A DNA stretch of 64,000 nucleotides from Candidatus Limnocylindria bacterium (GTDB lineage Bacteria; Chloroflexota; Limnocylindria; P2-11E), in contig JBBQZK010000001.1 of assembly GCA_038207785.1 (NCBI GenBank), forward strand, positions 76,149 to 140,148, in the 5' to 3' direction. A model generated the notes under the pieces. The model was not told where the DNA came from. It saw only the letters and a list, made by a program, of their open reading frames with translations, and did not search any database. The stretch's first letter is position 1. Every line of letters begins with the position of its first letter. Of this stretch, positions 56,513 through 64,000 are shown one piece after another. Made by a program: the position numbers and the translations under genes.

Positions 56513-57381
56513 GCGTGCTCGTCGGCGCGGAGACCCGCCTGCTCATCCAGGGCCTCGGCCGCGAGGGCGCCTTTCACACGGCGCGGATGATCGAGTACGG
56601 CACGAAGGTCGTCGGCGCGGCGAAGCCGGGCAAGGGCGGCACCACTCAAGATGGCATCCCGCTGTTCAACACGGTCGCGCAGGCGGTCGAGGCGACCGGC
56701 GCGAACAGCTCGATCATCTTTGTCCCCGCGGCAGGGGCGCCGGACGCCATCCTCGAGGCGCTCGACGCCGACCTCGGCCTCGTTGTCGCGATCACCGAGG
56801 GGATCGCGGTGCACGAGATGCTCACGGTGGCCGCGATCCTCGAACGCTCGACGACCGTGCTCATCGGTCCGAACTGCCCGGGCCTCATCTCACCCGGGAC
56901 CGCAAAGGTCGGGATCATGCCGGCCGAGAACTTCTCGACCGGCCCCGTGGGCTTCGTATCGCGCAGCGGGACCCTGACCTACGAGATCGCGGACCTGCTG
57001 ACGAAATCCGGCCTCGGGCAGACCACCTGCATCGGCATCGGTGGCGATCCGATCATCGGCCTCCCCACCCCGGACGCGGTGCGCTATCTCAACGAGGATC
57101 CGGCCACCGAGGTGATCGTGATCGTTGGGGAGATCGGTGGCATCGCCGAGGAGCGCGCGGCGGAGTACATGCGCGCCTTCGGGAAGAAGCCCGCCGTGGC
57201 GTTCATCGCCGGCCGGTCGGCGCCGCCCGGCAAGCGCATGGGCCACGCCGGCGCGATCGTGTCCGGCAATTCGGGCACGGCGGAATCCAAGGTCGCGGCG
57301 TTCGAAGCGGCGGATATCCCGGTCGCTACCGCCCCCAGCGAGATCCCCGCTCTCGTGCGCGCGGCGCTCGCCGGGCGATGA
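56509..57381 (+). CDS. sucD: Succinyl-CoA synthetase alpha subunit
   Basis: [40 protein letters not shown]. Confidence 0.96.
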   Translation: MSVLVGAETRLLIQGLGREGAFHTARMIEYGTKVVGAAKPGKGGTTQDGIPLFNTVAQAVEATGANSSIIFVPAAGAPDAILEALDADLGLVVAITEGIAVHEMLTVAAILERSTTVLIGPNCPGLISPGTAKVGIMPAENFSTGPVGFVSRSGTLTYEIADLLTKSGLGQTTCIGIGGDPIIGLPTPDAVRYLNEDPATEVIVIVGEIGGIAEERAAEYMRAFGKKPAVAFIAGRSAPPGKRMGHAGAIVSGNSGTAESKVAAFEAADIPVATAPSEIPALVRAALAGR

Positions 57382-57567
57382 AGCAGCTGATCTTCTTCAT
57401 GCCCAGGGCGTAACCTCCGCCGGTCGCTCCCTGCACGTCGCGTTGGTCACCCCATCGGTCTCGATGACCAGCTCCTGAATGCCGGCCACCGGGTCGGTCA
57501 CCGAACGATGCTACCGGCGCGGGCAGATCGAGCCGTCCGCACGAGCGGCGGCGAGCACAATACCGCG

Positions 57568-58416
57568 GTGGCCCGGCTCCAACGGAAGGCGTTCGCGGCG
57601 TCGGACGACGTACGGCTCCTCGGCCGTGGTCGCTTCGAGGTCGTCGCGCTCGACGAGACCTCGGTGGGACGGATCACCATGGAACCGGGCTGGCGCTGGT
57701 CGGCGGATGTGTCGCCGAAGGCCGGCACGTCAAGCTGTCAAGTCCGCCACCTGGGCGCGGCGCTGAGCGGCACGCTGCACGTCATGACCGACGAGGGCAC
57801 CGAAATGGACATCCGCCCCGGGGATGCGTACGAGATCCCGCCCGGACATGACGCGTGGGTCGTTGGGGACGTGCCATACGACGCGATCGAGTTCGCGAGC
57901 GCGCGGCTCTTCGGGGCGAGCCACGAGGCGCCGATGCGGACGCTCGGAACGATCCTCATGACCGATATCGTCGGCTCGACGGCGGCGCTCGAGCGCCTCG
58001 GTGACGCGAAGTGGCACGCGTTGCTGCTGGAGCACAACGACCGTCTACGGGCGGAGATCGATCGGTTCGGGGGCCGCGAGGTGCGCACGACCGGTGACGG
58101 CTTCCAGGTGCTGTTCACCGGCGCTGCCCGCGGGGTGACGTGCGCGGCCGCGATGGTCGACGCGATCGCCGACCTCGGTATCCAGATCCGCGCCGGCCTG
58201 CATACGGGCGACGTGGAGCTTGCCGCGGGGAATCTGCACGGCATCGCCGTGCACACGGCGGCGCGGGTGAGCGCGCTGGCCGGCGCCGGCGAGGTCCTCG
58301 TGTCATCGGTCACGCGCGACTTGCTGGACGGATCCGGTCTCGTCTTCGAACAGCGTGGGATGCACGAGCTGAAGGGCCTCTCGGGCCCGCGACCGGTGTT
58401 CGCGCTGGTGCGGTAG
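57568..58416 (+). CDS. Cupin domain + class III adenylate/guanylate cyclase fusion
   Basis: ARLQRK.F, PGWRWS..V.P.AGT.SCQVRH, IPPGHDAWVVG; TDIVGST, TGDGF, GLHTG, GIAVHTAARV; GTG 57568 6 nt after CACAAT. Confidence 0.88.
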   Translation: MARLQRKAFAASDDVRLLGRGRFEVVALDETSVGRITMEPGWRWSADVSPKAGTSSCQVRHLGAALSGTLHVMTDEGTEMDIRPGDAYEIPPGHDAWVVGDVPYDAIEFASARLFGASHEAPMRTLGTILMTDIVGSTAALERLGDAKWHALLLEHNDRLRAEIDRFGGREVRTTGDGFQVLFTGAARGVTCAAAMVDAIADLGIQIRAGLHTGDVELAAGNLHGIAVHTAARVSALAGAGEVLVSSVTRDLLDGSGLVFEQRGMHELKGLSGPRPVFALVR

Positions 58417-58419
58417 TCG

Positions 58420-58926
58420 ATGGCCGAGTTGGACCGGTTCCTTCCCGGGGTCATCGGCGCCATCGTCGGCGTCGTGGGCTGGCTGCTCGTCGGGGTGTAC
58501 ATGCAGCGCCGGCAGTTCGCACGGCAGGCAATGAGTGCCGGGCGGGCCGTGTATTTCGAGCTCCTCATCAATCGCATGAACGTTGCGGTCGCTCGCGACC
58601 TCGGCAGCTTCCAGCCCCTCGGACGCTCGAGCTTCGACCGGCTCCTCCCGGAGCTCGCCACATGGTTGCCGGCGCAACCGCTGCAGACGGTCGTCGGCGC
58701 GTACATGGGTCACGCCGGCTACCAGTCCGCGGGTGCGCAGCCTCATGCACCCGCCGATCTGCGCCGCGCGGCGCTCGACGCGATCGAGGCCGCACATCGC
58801 GCGGCGCTTGACGCGATCCGGCCTCGCCTCTTCAGCGCGCGGGAGATCGCGGCCCTCTCGAAGTCCGCCGGCCCGTACGCGATCGACATCACTCCCATGG
58901 CGGCAGCCGAGTCCCGCCTGCCGTGA
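58420..58926 (+). CDS. Hypothetical protein with an N-terminal TM helix
   Basis: Starts 3 nt after the cyclase stop; hydrophobic N-terminus; high GC3. Confidence 0.65.
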   Translation: MAELDRFLPGVIGAIVGVVGWLLVGVYMQRRQFARQAMSAGRAVYFELLINRMNVAVARDLGSFQPLGRSSFDRLLPELATWLPAQPLQTVVGAYMGHAGYQSAGAQPHAPADLRRAALDAIEAAHRAALDAIRPRLFSAREIAALSKSAGPYAIDITPMAAAESRLP

Positions 58927-58929
58927 GCG

Positions 58930-59388
58930 TCAGGCCGGGTCTGGCATTCGCTCGACCCACTTCGCGCGCCACGCGGGGGCCTCGAAGGGCTCGGCGAAGT
59001 AGGTGGTCAGTTTCACGATCTTCCCGCCACGCATCTCGATGAGCTGTACGAGGTGCCAGACCTCTCCGTTCGGATACGTGATGAGTCCGGTACCGGTGTA
59101 GCGCTCGCCCGAGCCGTTGATCCGCAGGAGGCTCAACGTCGGCGTCATGACCCATTGGTCCTCGCCGACGACAGCACGGGCGTGAGCGGGACCGAAGTCA
59201 TGCTCGGCGCGGCCCGGGTAGTTCTCGAAGATCGCCGTGCGATTCGCGCGACCTCGGATCCGCTCGCCCGACTGCGGGTAGTCCTCGACCAGGTCCTCGG
59301 CGATGTATTCATTGCCGAGACCGGGATCGTGTGATGCCTGCGCCTGGACGAAGCGGTCGACGATCTCGCGGTTCGTCAGCTCAGCCAT
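58930..59388 (-). CDS. SnoaL/NTF2-like protein
   Basis: EDYPQSGERIRGR, YPNG, GGKIV..T.YFAEPFEAP.WR..WVE; AGGAGG RBS. Confidence 0.88.
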   Translation of the reverse strand: MAELTNREIVDRFVQAQASHDPGLGNEYIAEDLVEDYPQSGERIRGRANRTAIFENYPGRAEHDFGPAHARAVVGEDQWVMTPTLSLLRINGSGERYTGTGLITYPNGEVWHLVQLIEMRGGKIVKLTTYFAEPFEAPAWRAKWVERMPDPA

Positions 59389-59397
59389 GGGATCCTC

Positions 59398-60198
59398 CTA
59401 TCCGCGCAGCCGCTCGTGGTCCGGATCGAACGTCACCTTCCACTCGCGCCGCGGCCCGGCCATCACGTTGAGGTAGTAGACCTCGTAGCCGGGCGGCGCG
59501 GAGACGGTGTGAAAGCCCCGGGGCACGAGGACCAGGTCCCCGTCCCGGGCCGCGACGCTCTCGTCCAGCGAGCGATCCGCGGTGTACACCCGCTGGACGG
59601 CGAAGCCGCGCTTCGCATCGCGCATCCGGTAGTAGTACGTCTCCTCGAGCAGCGTCTCGCGTGGCGGGTCGTCGGTGTCGTGCTTGTGCGGTGGATAGCT
59701 GGACCAGTGGCCGGCCGGCGTCACGACCTCCGTGAGCAGCAGCCGCTCCGCGGCGCGGTCCTCCATGAGCACGTGATGGATGCGCCGCTCCATGTTGCCG
59801 GTGCCGCGCATCTCGAGACGCGCGTCCGCCGGCCGGAACAGCTGGATCGCCGCCCCCTTCGTCGCGGGGGCGCTGCCGATCGCGAGCTCGCACGCGCGCG
59901 GTCCGGCGATCGCGGTGATCTCCGTGCCGGGCGGCGCGTACAAGGCGTGGGGAGCGCCGTCGAACGGCGATGCGCGGCCGTCCCCTGCGTCCAGACGCTG
60001 CTCGCCCGCGCGCAGCTGGCACGGCCCGCCGAGCAGCACCAGGCAGGCCTCACGATCCGCGAAGGTCCATGACCTGGATGCATTCGGGTAGAGGCGCACG
60101 GCCTCGAAGCCGACGTACCGCCAATTGGCGCGCTGTGGCGTGACCGAGATCATCGTTCCGTCGCGCGCGGGCTCGCCCCCGCGGATGAGGAGGTCCAT
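59398..60198 (-). CDS. iolB: 5-deoxy-glucuronate isomerase
   Basis: EVVTPAGHWSSYPPHKHD, LEETYYY, QRVY, VPRGFH, YYLNVMAG. Confidence 0.93.
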   Translation of the reverse strand: MDLLIRGGEPARDGTMISVTPQRANWRYVGFEAVRLYPNASRSWTFADREACLVLLGGPCQLRAGEQRLDAGDGRASPFDGAPHALYAPPGTEITAIAGPRACELAIGSAPATKGAAIQLFRPADARLEMRGTGNMERRIHHVLMEDRAAERLLLTEVVTPAGHWSSYPPHKHDTDDPPRETLLEETYYYRMRDAKRGFAVQRVYTADRSLDESVAARDGDLVLVPRGFHTVSAPPGYEVYYLNVMAGPRREWKVTFDPDHERLRG

Positions 60199-60199
60199 T

Positions 60200-62011
60200 T
60201 CAGATATGACGGCGCTGACGCTTCTTGTTCGTCGACCAGTCCTGCCGGGCCTTGCGCACGCCCTCCTGCTCGGACGCTTCGGCCGGCGCGACCTCCCACC
60301 ACGACTCATAGCTCGGCACGGCCACGAGCGGGTCGGTCTCGATGACGATGACCGTCGTCTCGGTCGCGGCCTTCGCTTCCGTGAGCGCGACGCGCAGCTC
60401 GGCGATCGTACCCGCGCGCACCGAACGCGCGCCAAGGCTTCGGGCGTTCGCGACGAAGTCGATCGGCAGATCCGACGCGGTGCCGAAGCCGTTCGTGCCA
60501 AGTGACCGCGAGAGCGCGCCGATCGAGGCGAATCCGTGGTTGTCGACGAGCACGATGATGAGCTTTGCCCCCTCGCTGACCGCCGTCGTGAGCTCGCCGG
60601 GGGACATGAGGTACGACCCGTCGCCAAGCATGACGAACACATCCCGGTCCGGCGCGGCGAGCCGCGTGCCTATTCCGCCGGGGATCTCGTAGCCCATGCA
60701 CGAATAGCCGTACTCGACGTGATAGCCCTTCGGGTCGCGCGTGCGCCACAGCTTGTGGAGATCGCCCGGCATCGAGCCGGCCGCGCACACGACCACGTCA
60801 CGCGGTTCGGCCGCCGCGTTGACCGCGCCGATGACCGCGCTCTGCGCCGGCGGTCGCTGATCGACCGCGTACAGCTTCGTGACCTCGGCGTCCCACTCCG
60901 CGTGGAGCTTCTCGGCCTTGGTGCGATACCGCTCGTCGATCACCCACTCGGCGCCCGCAAGCGCCTCGAGTCCGGCGCGCGCATCGCAGAGCAGCGGGAT
61001 CGCGTTCAGCTTGAACGCATCGACGCTGGCGACGTTCAGGTTGATGAACCGGACGCTCGCGCCCTCGAACAGGGTCTTCGACGCGGTCGTGAAGTCGGTC
61101 CAGCGGGTGCCGATGCCGATGACCACATCCGCGTCGCGCGCCATGCGATTCGCGGCGAACGTGCCCGTCGCTCCGATCGCGCCCAGCGCGAGCGGATGGT
61201 CATACGGCAGCGCGCCCTTACCGGCCTGCGTCTCGGCCACCGGGATGCCACTCCGCTCGACGAACGCGCGCAGGGCCTCGGTCGCCCCGCTATAGATCAC
61301 GCCGCCGCCCGCGACGATGAGCGGCCGTCGCGCGGCGTTGATGAGCTCTATCGCTCGGGCGAACGCCGCGCCGTCCGGCGCGCGGCGGTCGATGTGCCAG
61401 ACCCGTTTGGCGAGGAACTCATCGGGAACGTCGAAGGCCTCGGTCTGCACATCCTGCGGCAGCGCAAGCGTGACCGCGCCGGTCTCGGCGGGATCTGTCA
61501 GCACGCGCATCGCGTTCAGCGCGGAGCCGAGGATCTGCTCCGGCCGCGTGATGCGATCCCAGTACTTCGAGACGGCCTGCAGGCTGTCGTTCACGGTCAT
61601 GTCCGCGCGGGCGGGCTGCTCGAGCTGCTGGAGCACCGGGTCGGGCGCGCGAGAAGCGAACACGTCGCCCGGCAGGAGGAGCACGGGGATGCGGTTCACG
61701 GTGGCGAGCGCGGCGCCGGTCACGAGGTTCGTCGCGCCAGGCCCGATCGATTACGTGCAGGTGAATGTCGAGAGGCGGTCCTTCATGCGCGCGTAGCCGA
61801 CGGCGATGTGGACCATCGACTGCTCGTTGCGCGCCTGGTGGTACGTGAGCGCCTCCGGATACTGGGCGAGCGCCTGCCCGATGCCCGCGACGTTGCCGTG
61901 CCCAAAGATCCCCCAGCACCCGGCGAAGAAGCGCTGCTCGACGCCATCACGCTCGACGTATTGCTGCGCCAGGAATCGGACCAGGGCCTGGGCCGTCGTC
62001 AATCGCTTCAC
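60200..62011 (-). pseudogene. iolD: THcHDO hydrolase (TPP-dependent) interrupted by one in-frame TAA at 61751-61753 (nonsense mutation or sequencing error)
   Basis: RLTTAQALVRFL..Q, GIFGHGNV, RNEQSM.H, CT*SIGPGATN, PDPVLQQ, EYGYSCMGYE, GDGSYLM; both halves are in the same frame. Confidence 0.85.
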
Positions 62012-62892
62012 GCGCGCACCTGCGGCCGCACGATCCTGGCCGCCGCATCGACGGCGGCCGTCACGTCCCCGTCGGGCGGGTACAGCAGCGTCCGACCGGC
62101 GACGAGTCCGCGCACCTGAGGGAGCGCCATCGCCTCTGCCCACTTCGCGTACGTCGCGTCGCGATCCTTCCCGGGGTCGCCGCCCAGCAGTACGACCGGA
62201 AGCGTCGTGGCCGACAGCAGCCGCTCCTGGTCGTCGACCACCGGCAGCTTCAGCCAGGTGCGCGCCGAGCTGCCGCCGAGAGCGGAGGCGATCGCGATCG
62301 CGCGCATCGTCGCGTCGACGGAGAGGTCGTTGCTGGACTTTCCGTCGACGGTGCGCGACGCAAAGACCTCGACCATGGAGTACAGCCCGAGCGCGGTGAG
62401 CTCGTCGATGGCGCGTGCGCAGGCTGCCATCGTTCGGACCGTCCCCGGATCGTCGTCGGCGACGCGCAGCATCATCTTGCCGCCGTTGAGCCCATCGCGG
62501 GCGATCGCCGCGGCCGTGTATCCGGTGAAACGGTCGTCGAGCTCGAACACGGACCCGGCGAGTCCACCGCGATTCATCGAGCCGAAGATCACCATCTCGT
62601 CGAGCGACCCATCGAGCGCGAGATCGTCGACGATGTCGGCCGTCGCGAGGATCCCATCGACATCGTCATGGAGCAGCGCGGTCTGCACGCGGCGCAGCAG
62701 GTCACCGCGGTCGGCCATCGCGTGCGGATCGCCGCCCGCCGCGAAGACCCCGCGCCCGGGGTGATCTGCGGCGATGAGGAACAGCTTGCGCGGGTACGTG
62801 AGCATGCCGCGCGGCCGGGTCGCGAGCGCGTTCGGCACCGCATCCGGATCCGCTGCGCGCAGCTTCGTGAGTCGGCTGACGAGATCAGACAC
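62008..62892 (-). CDS. Cgl0159-like TIM-barrel aldolase of the iol cluster (probable DKGP aldolase)
   Basis: IAADHP.RG, GSMNRGGL, DDRFTG, GGKM, WLKLP, LLGG, GLVAGRTLLYP; between iolC and iolD. Confidence 0.8.
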   Translation of the reverse strand: MSDLVSRLTKLRAADPDAVPNALATRPRGMLTYPRKLFLIAADHPGRGVFAAGGDPHAMADRGDLLRRVQTALLHDDVDGILATADIVDDLALDGSLDEMVIFGSMNRGGLAGSVFELDDRFTGYTAAAIARDGLNGGKMMLRVADDDPGTVRTMAACARAIDELTALGLYSMVEVFASRTVDGKSSNDLSVDATMRAIAIASALGGSSARTWLKLPVVDDQERLLSATTLPVVLLGGDPGKDRDATYAKWAEAMALPQVRGLVAGRTLLYPPDGDVTAAVDAAARIVRPQVRA

Positions 62893-63829
62893 GGGCAGCA
62901 CCTCCGAGCACGGCATCGACCTCGTCGGCGGTCGGCATCGCGTCGGCGCACGCGAGCCGCGATGCGACGATCGCGCCGGCCGCGCTCGCGAACGACAGGA
63001 TCCGCGTCAGGTCCCACCGAGAGAGCAGGCCATGGACGAGCGCCCCGCCGAACGCGTCACCGGCGCCAAGGCCGTTGACGACGTCGATCACGACCGCCGG
63101 GACCTCGACGCGCTCGGCAGTGGTCCGCGCGAGCGTGCCGTGCGGGCCCTGCTTCACGATCGCGAGCTCCGGGCCCATCCCCAGCAACGCCTCGGCGGCC
63201 ACGTCGGGGTCGCGCGTCCCAGTGGCCATCTCGACCTCGTCGATGTTGCCAACAACGACGCGGGCGTGCGCGACGATCTTCGCCGCCTCGGCGCGCGCCG
63301 CGAGCATCGAGGACCAGAACGCCGGCCGGTGATCGAGATCGTGGATGACCTGGCCCGTCGCGATCCGCGCGGCCTCGAGCGTTGCGGCCCGGCTCGGTTC
63401 CTGCGAGAGCGCCGTGCCGCTCGTCCAAAGGATCGGCACGCCGGCGATGGCGTCGCGGTCCAGCTCGTCCGCGCGGATGTTCAGGTCGGGCGCCTTTGGC
63501 TGGCGATAGAACAGCAGCGGAAAGTCGTCAGGCGGGAAGATCTCGCAGAACACGATGGGCGTGCGGAGCACCGGATCGGTGCCGACGAAGCGCGTGTCCA
63601 CGCCGAAGGCTTCGAGCGCCTCGCGGACGTACGTGCCGAAGCCGTCGTCGCCGACCTTCGTGATGACGGCGCTGCGGTGGCCGAGCCGCGCCGCGGCGAC
63701 GGCGACGTTCGTCGGGCTGCCCCCGAGCGACTTCGCGAACGTGCGGACCTTCGCGAGCGGCACGCCGATCTGCTCGGGGTACAGGTCGATTCCGACCCGT
63801 CCGATGGTGATGAGCTCGAGCTCAGACAC
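62885..63829 (-). CDS. iolC: 5-dehydro-2-deoxygluconokinase
   Basis: IGRVGIDLYP, GGSPTNVAVAAARLG, FPLLFYR, DLDHRP.FW, NGLGAGDAFGG. Confidence 0.93.
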   Translation of the reverse strand: MSELELITIGRVGIDLYPEQIGVPLAKVRTFAKSLGGSPTNVAVAAARLGHRSAVITKVGDDGFGTYVREALEAFGVDTRFVGTDPVLRTPIVFCEIFPPDDFPLLFYRQPKAPDLNIRADELDRDAIAGVPILWTSGTALSQEPSRAATLEAARIATGQVIHDLDHRPAFWSSMLAARAEAAKIVAHARVVVGNIDEVEMATGTRDPDVAAEALLGMGPELAIVKQGPHGTLARTTAERVEVPAVVIDVVNGLGAGDAFGGALVHGLLSRWDLTRILSFASAAGAIVASRLACADAMPTADEVDAVLGGAARV

Positions 63830-63908
63830 GGGCGCTCACGAAGGGGGGACCGCGATCTTCCGTTGTCGCATCGTCGGTACAGTAGTCGCGGTCCAGGTCG
63901 CGGGAGGG

Positions 63909-64000
63909 ATGATGCGGATCTCGGTTTTGGGTGTTGGCCGTCTTGGCGCGTCACACGCGGCGACGCTCGCCGCGTTGTCGGGCGTCTCGCAGCTCACCGT
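63909..64000 (+). CDS. Gfo/Idh/MocA oxidoreductase (probable inositol 2-dehydrogenase), 3'-truncated by window edge; not in ORF track
   Basis: GGGAGG SD then MMRISVLGVGRLGASHAATLAALSGVSQLT (Rossmann GxGxxG..H); divergent from iolC. Confidence 0.75.
   Translation, partial: MMRISVLGVGRLGASHAATLAALSGVSQLT

Noticed and set aside
61751-61753. Recoding (Sec/Pyl) at the iolD internal stop
   Set aside because: The codon is TAA, not TGA/TAG, and the position is normally Ser/Thr.
63860-63885. Possible IolR operator (TTGTCGCATCGTCGGTACA) in the divergent iol promoter
   Set aside because: Only a weak match to remembered GntR/IolR motifs, and no regulator gene in the window.
1-64000. Many long overlapping ORFs in the track (e.g. 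2354-4069+, 13730-15577+, 20413-22272-, 36814-38763+, 39724-41823+, 52332-54359+)
   Set aside because: Arg/Pro/Gly-rich antisense or off-frame shadows of well-supported genes, expected at this GC content; no motifs.
63951-64000. 3' end of a minus-strand gene at the window edge
   Set aside because: The plus-strand frame has an SD and a Gfo/Idh/MocA N-terminal motif, which explains the region better.
1-64000. tRNA/rRNA, CRISPR arrays, IS elements, integrases, prophage
   Set aside because: Intergenic gaps are short, and I saw no such motifs, regular repeats or compositional shift.

Overview
Very GC-rich, densely coding bacterial core/metabolic region. Gene content and leaderless promoters suggest a Chloroflexota- or Actinomycetota-like organism (inference only). 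I found no tRNA/rRNA, CRISPR array or mobile element. Contents in order: partial MFS gene; pckG; a class III cyclase-STAND-TPR gene divergent from a cNMP-domain/FOXRED2-like flavoprotein pair; a minus-strand run of osmoprotectant-family ABC, lectin-repeat, disulfide reductase, DUF1684 and MFS genes; a cytochrome c'-beta(P460-fold)/cupredoxin fusion lipoprotein beside an ECF sigma/RskA pair; metX-metY; a HAD-hisZGDCBHF(IE) operon lacking hisA; two LysR-linked TCA operons (acn-icd-rid-mdh and a mycobacterial Sdh1-like sdhCAB); a GAF/HD-GYP/GGDEF protein; a Rieske/cytochrome b6 operon; a two-component system; sucCD; a cupin-cyclase; and a myo-inositol cluster whose iolD has an in-frame TAA. The best candidate for an undescribed system is 44952-50250. 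It is a b6-type Rieske/cyt b complex (heme-ci Cys, APWY in place of PEWY, diheme cyt c, unannotated 36-aa single-TM ORF) translationally coupled behind a DsrL/NfnB-like NADP(H) Fe-S flavoprotein, an architecture reminiscent of anammox bc complexes. Runners-up are the heme c'-beta/type-1 copper fusion (14499-15500) and a membrane protein with two PmoC-like DxxxH...H motifs (53760-54803). All family assignments come from motif recognition by eye; no database searches were run.
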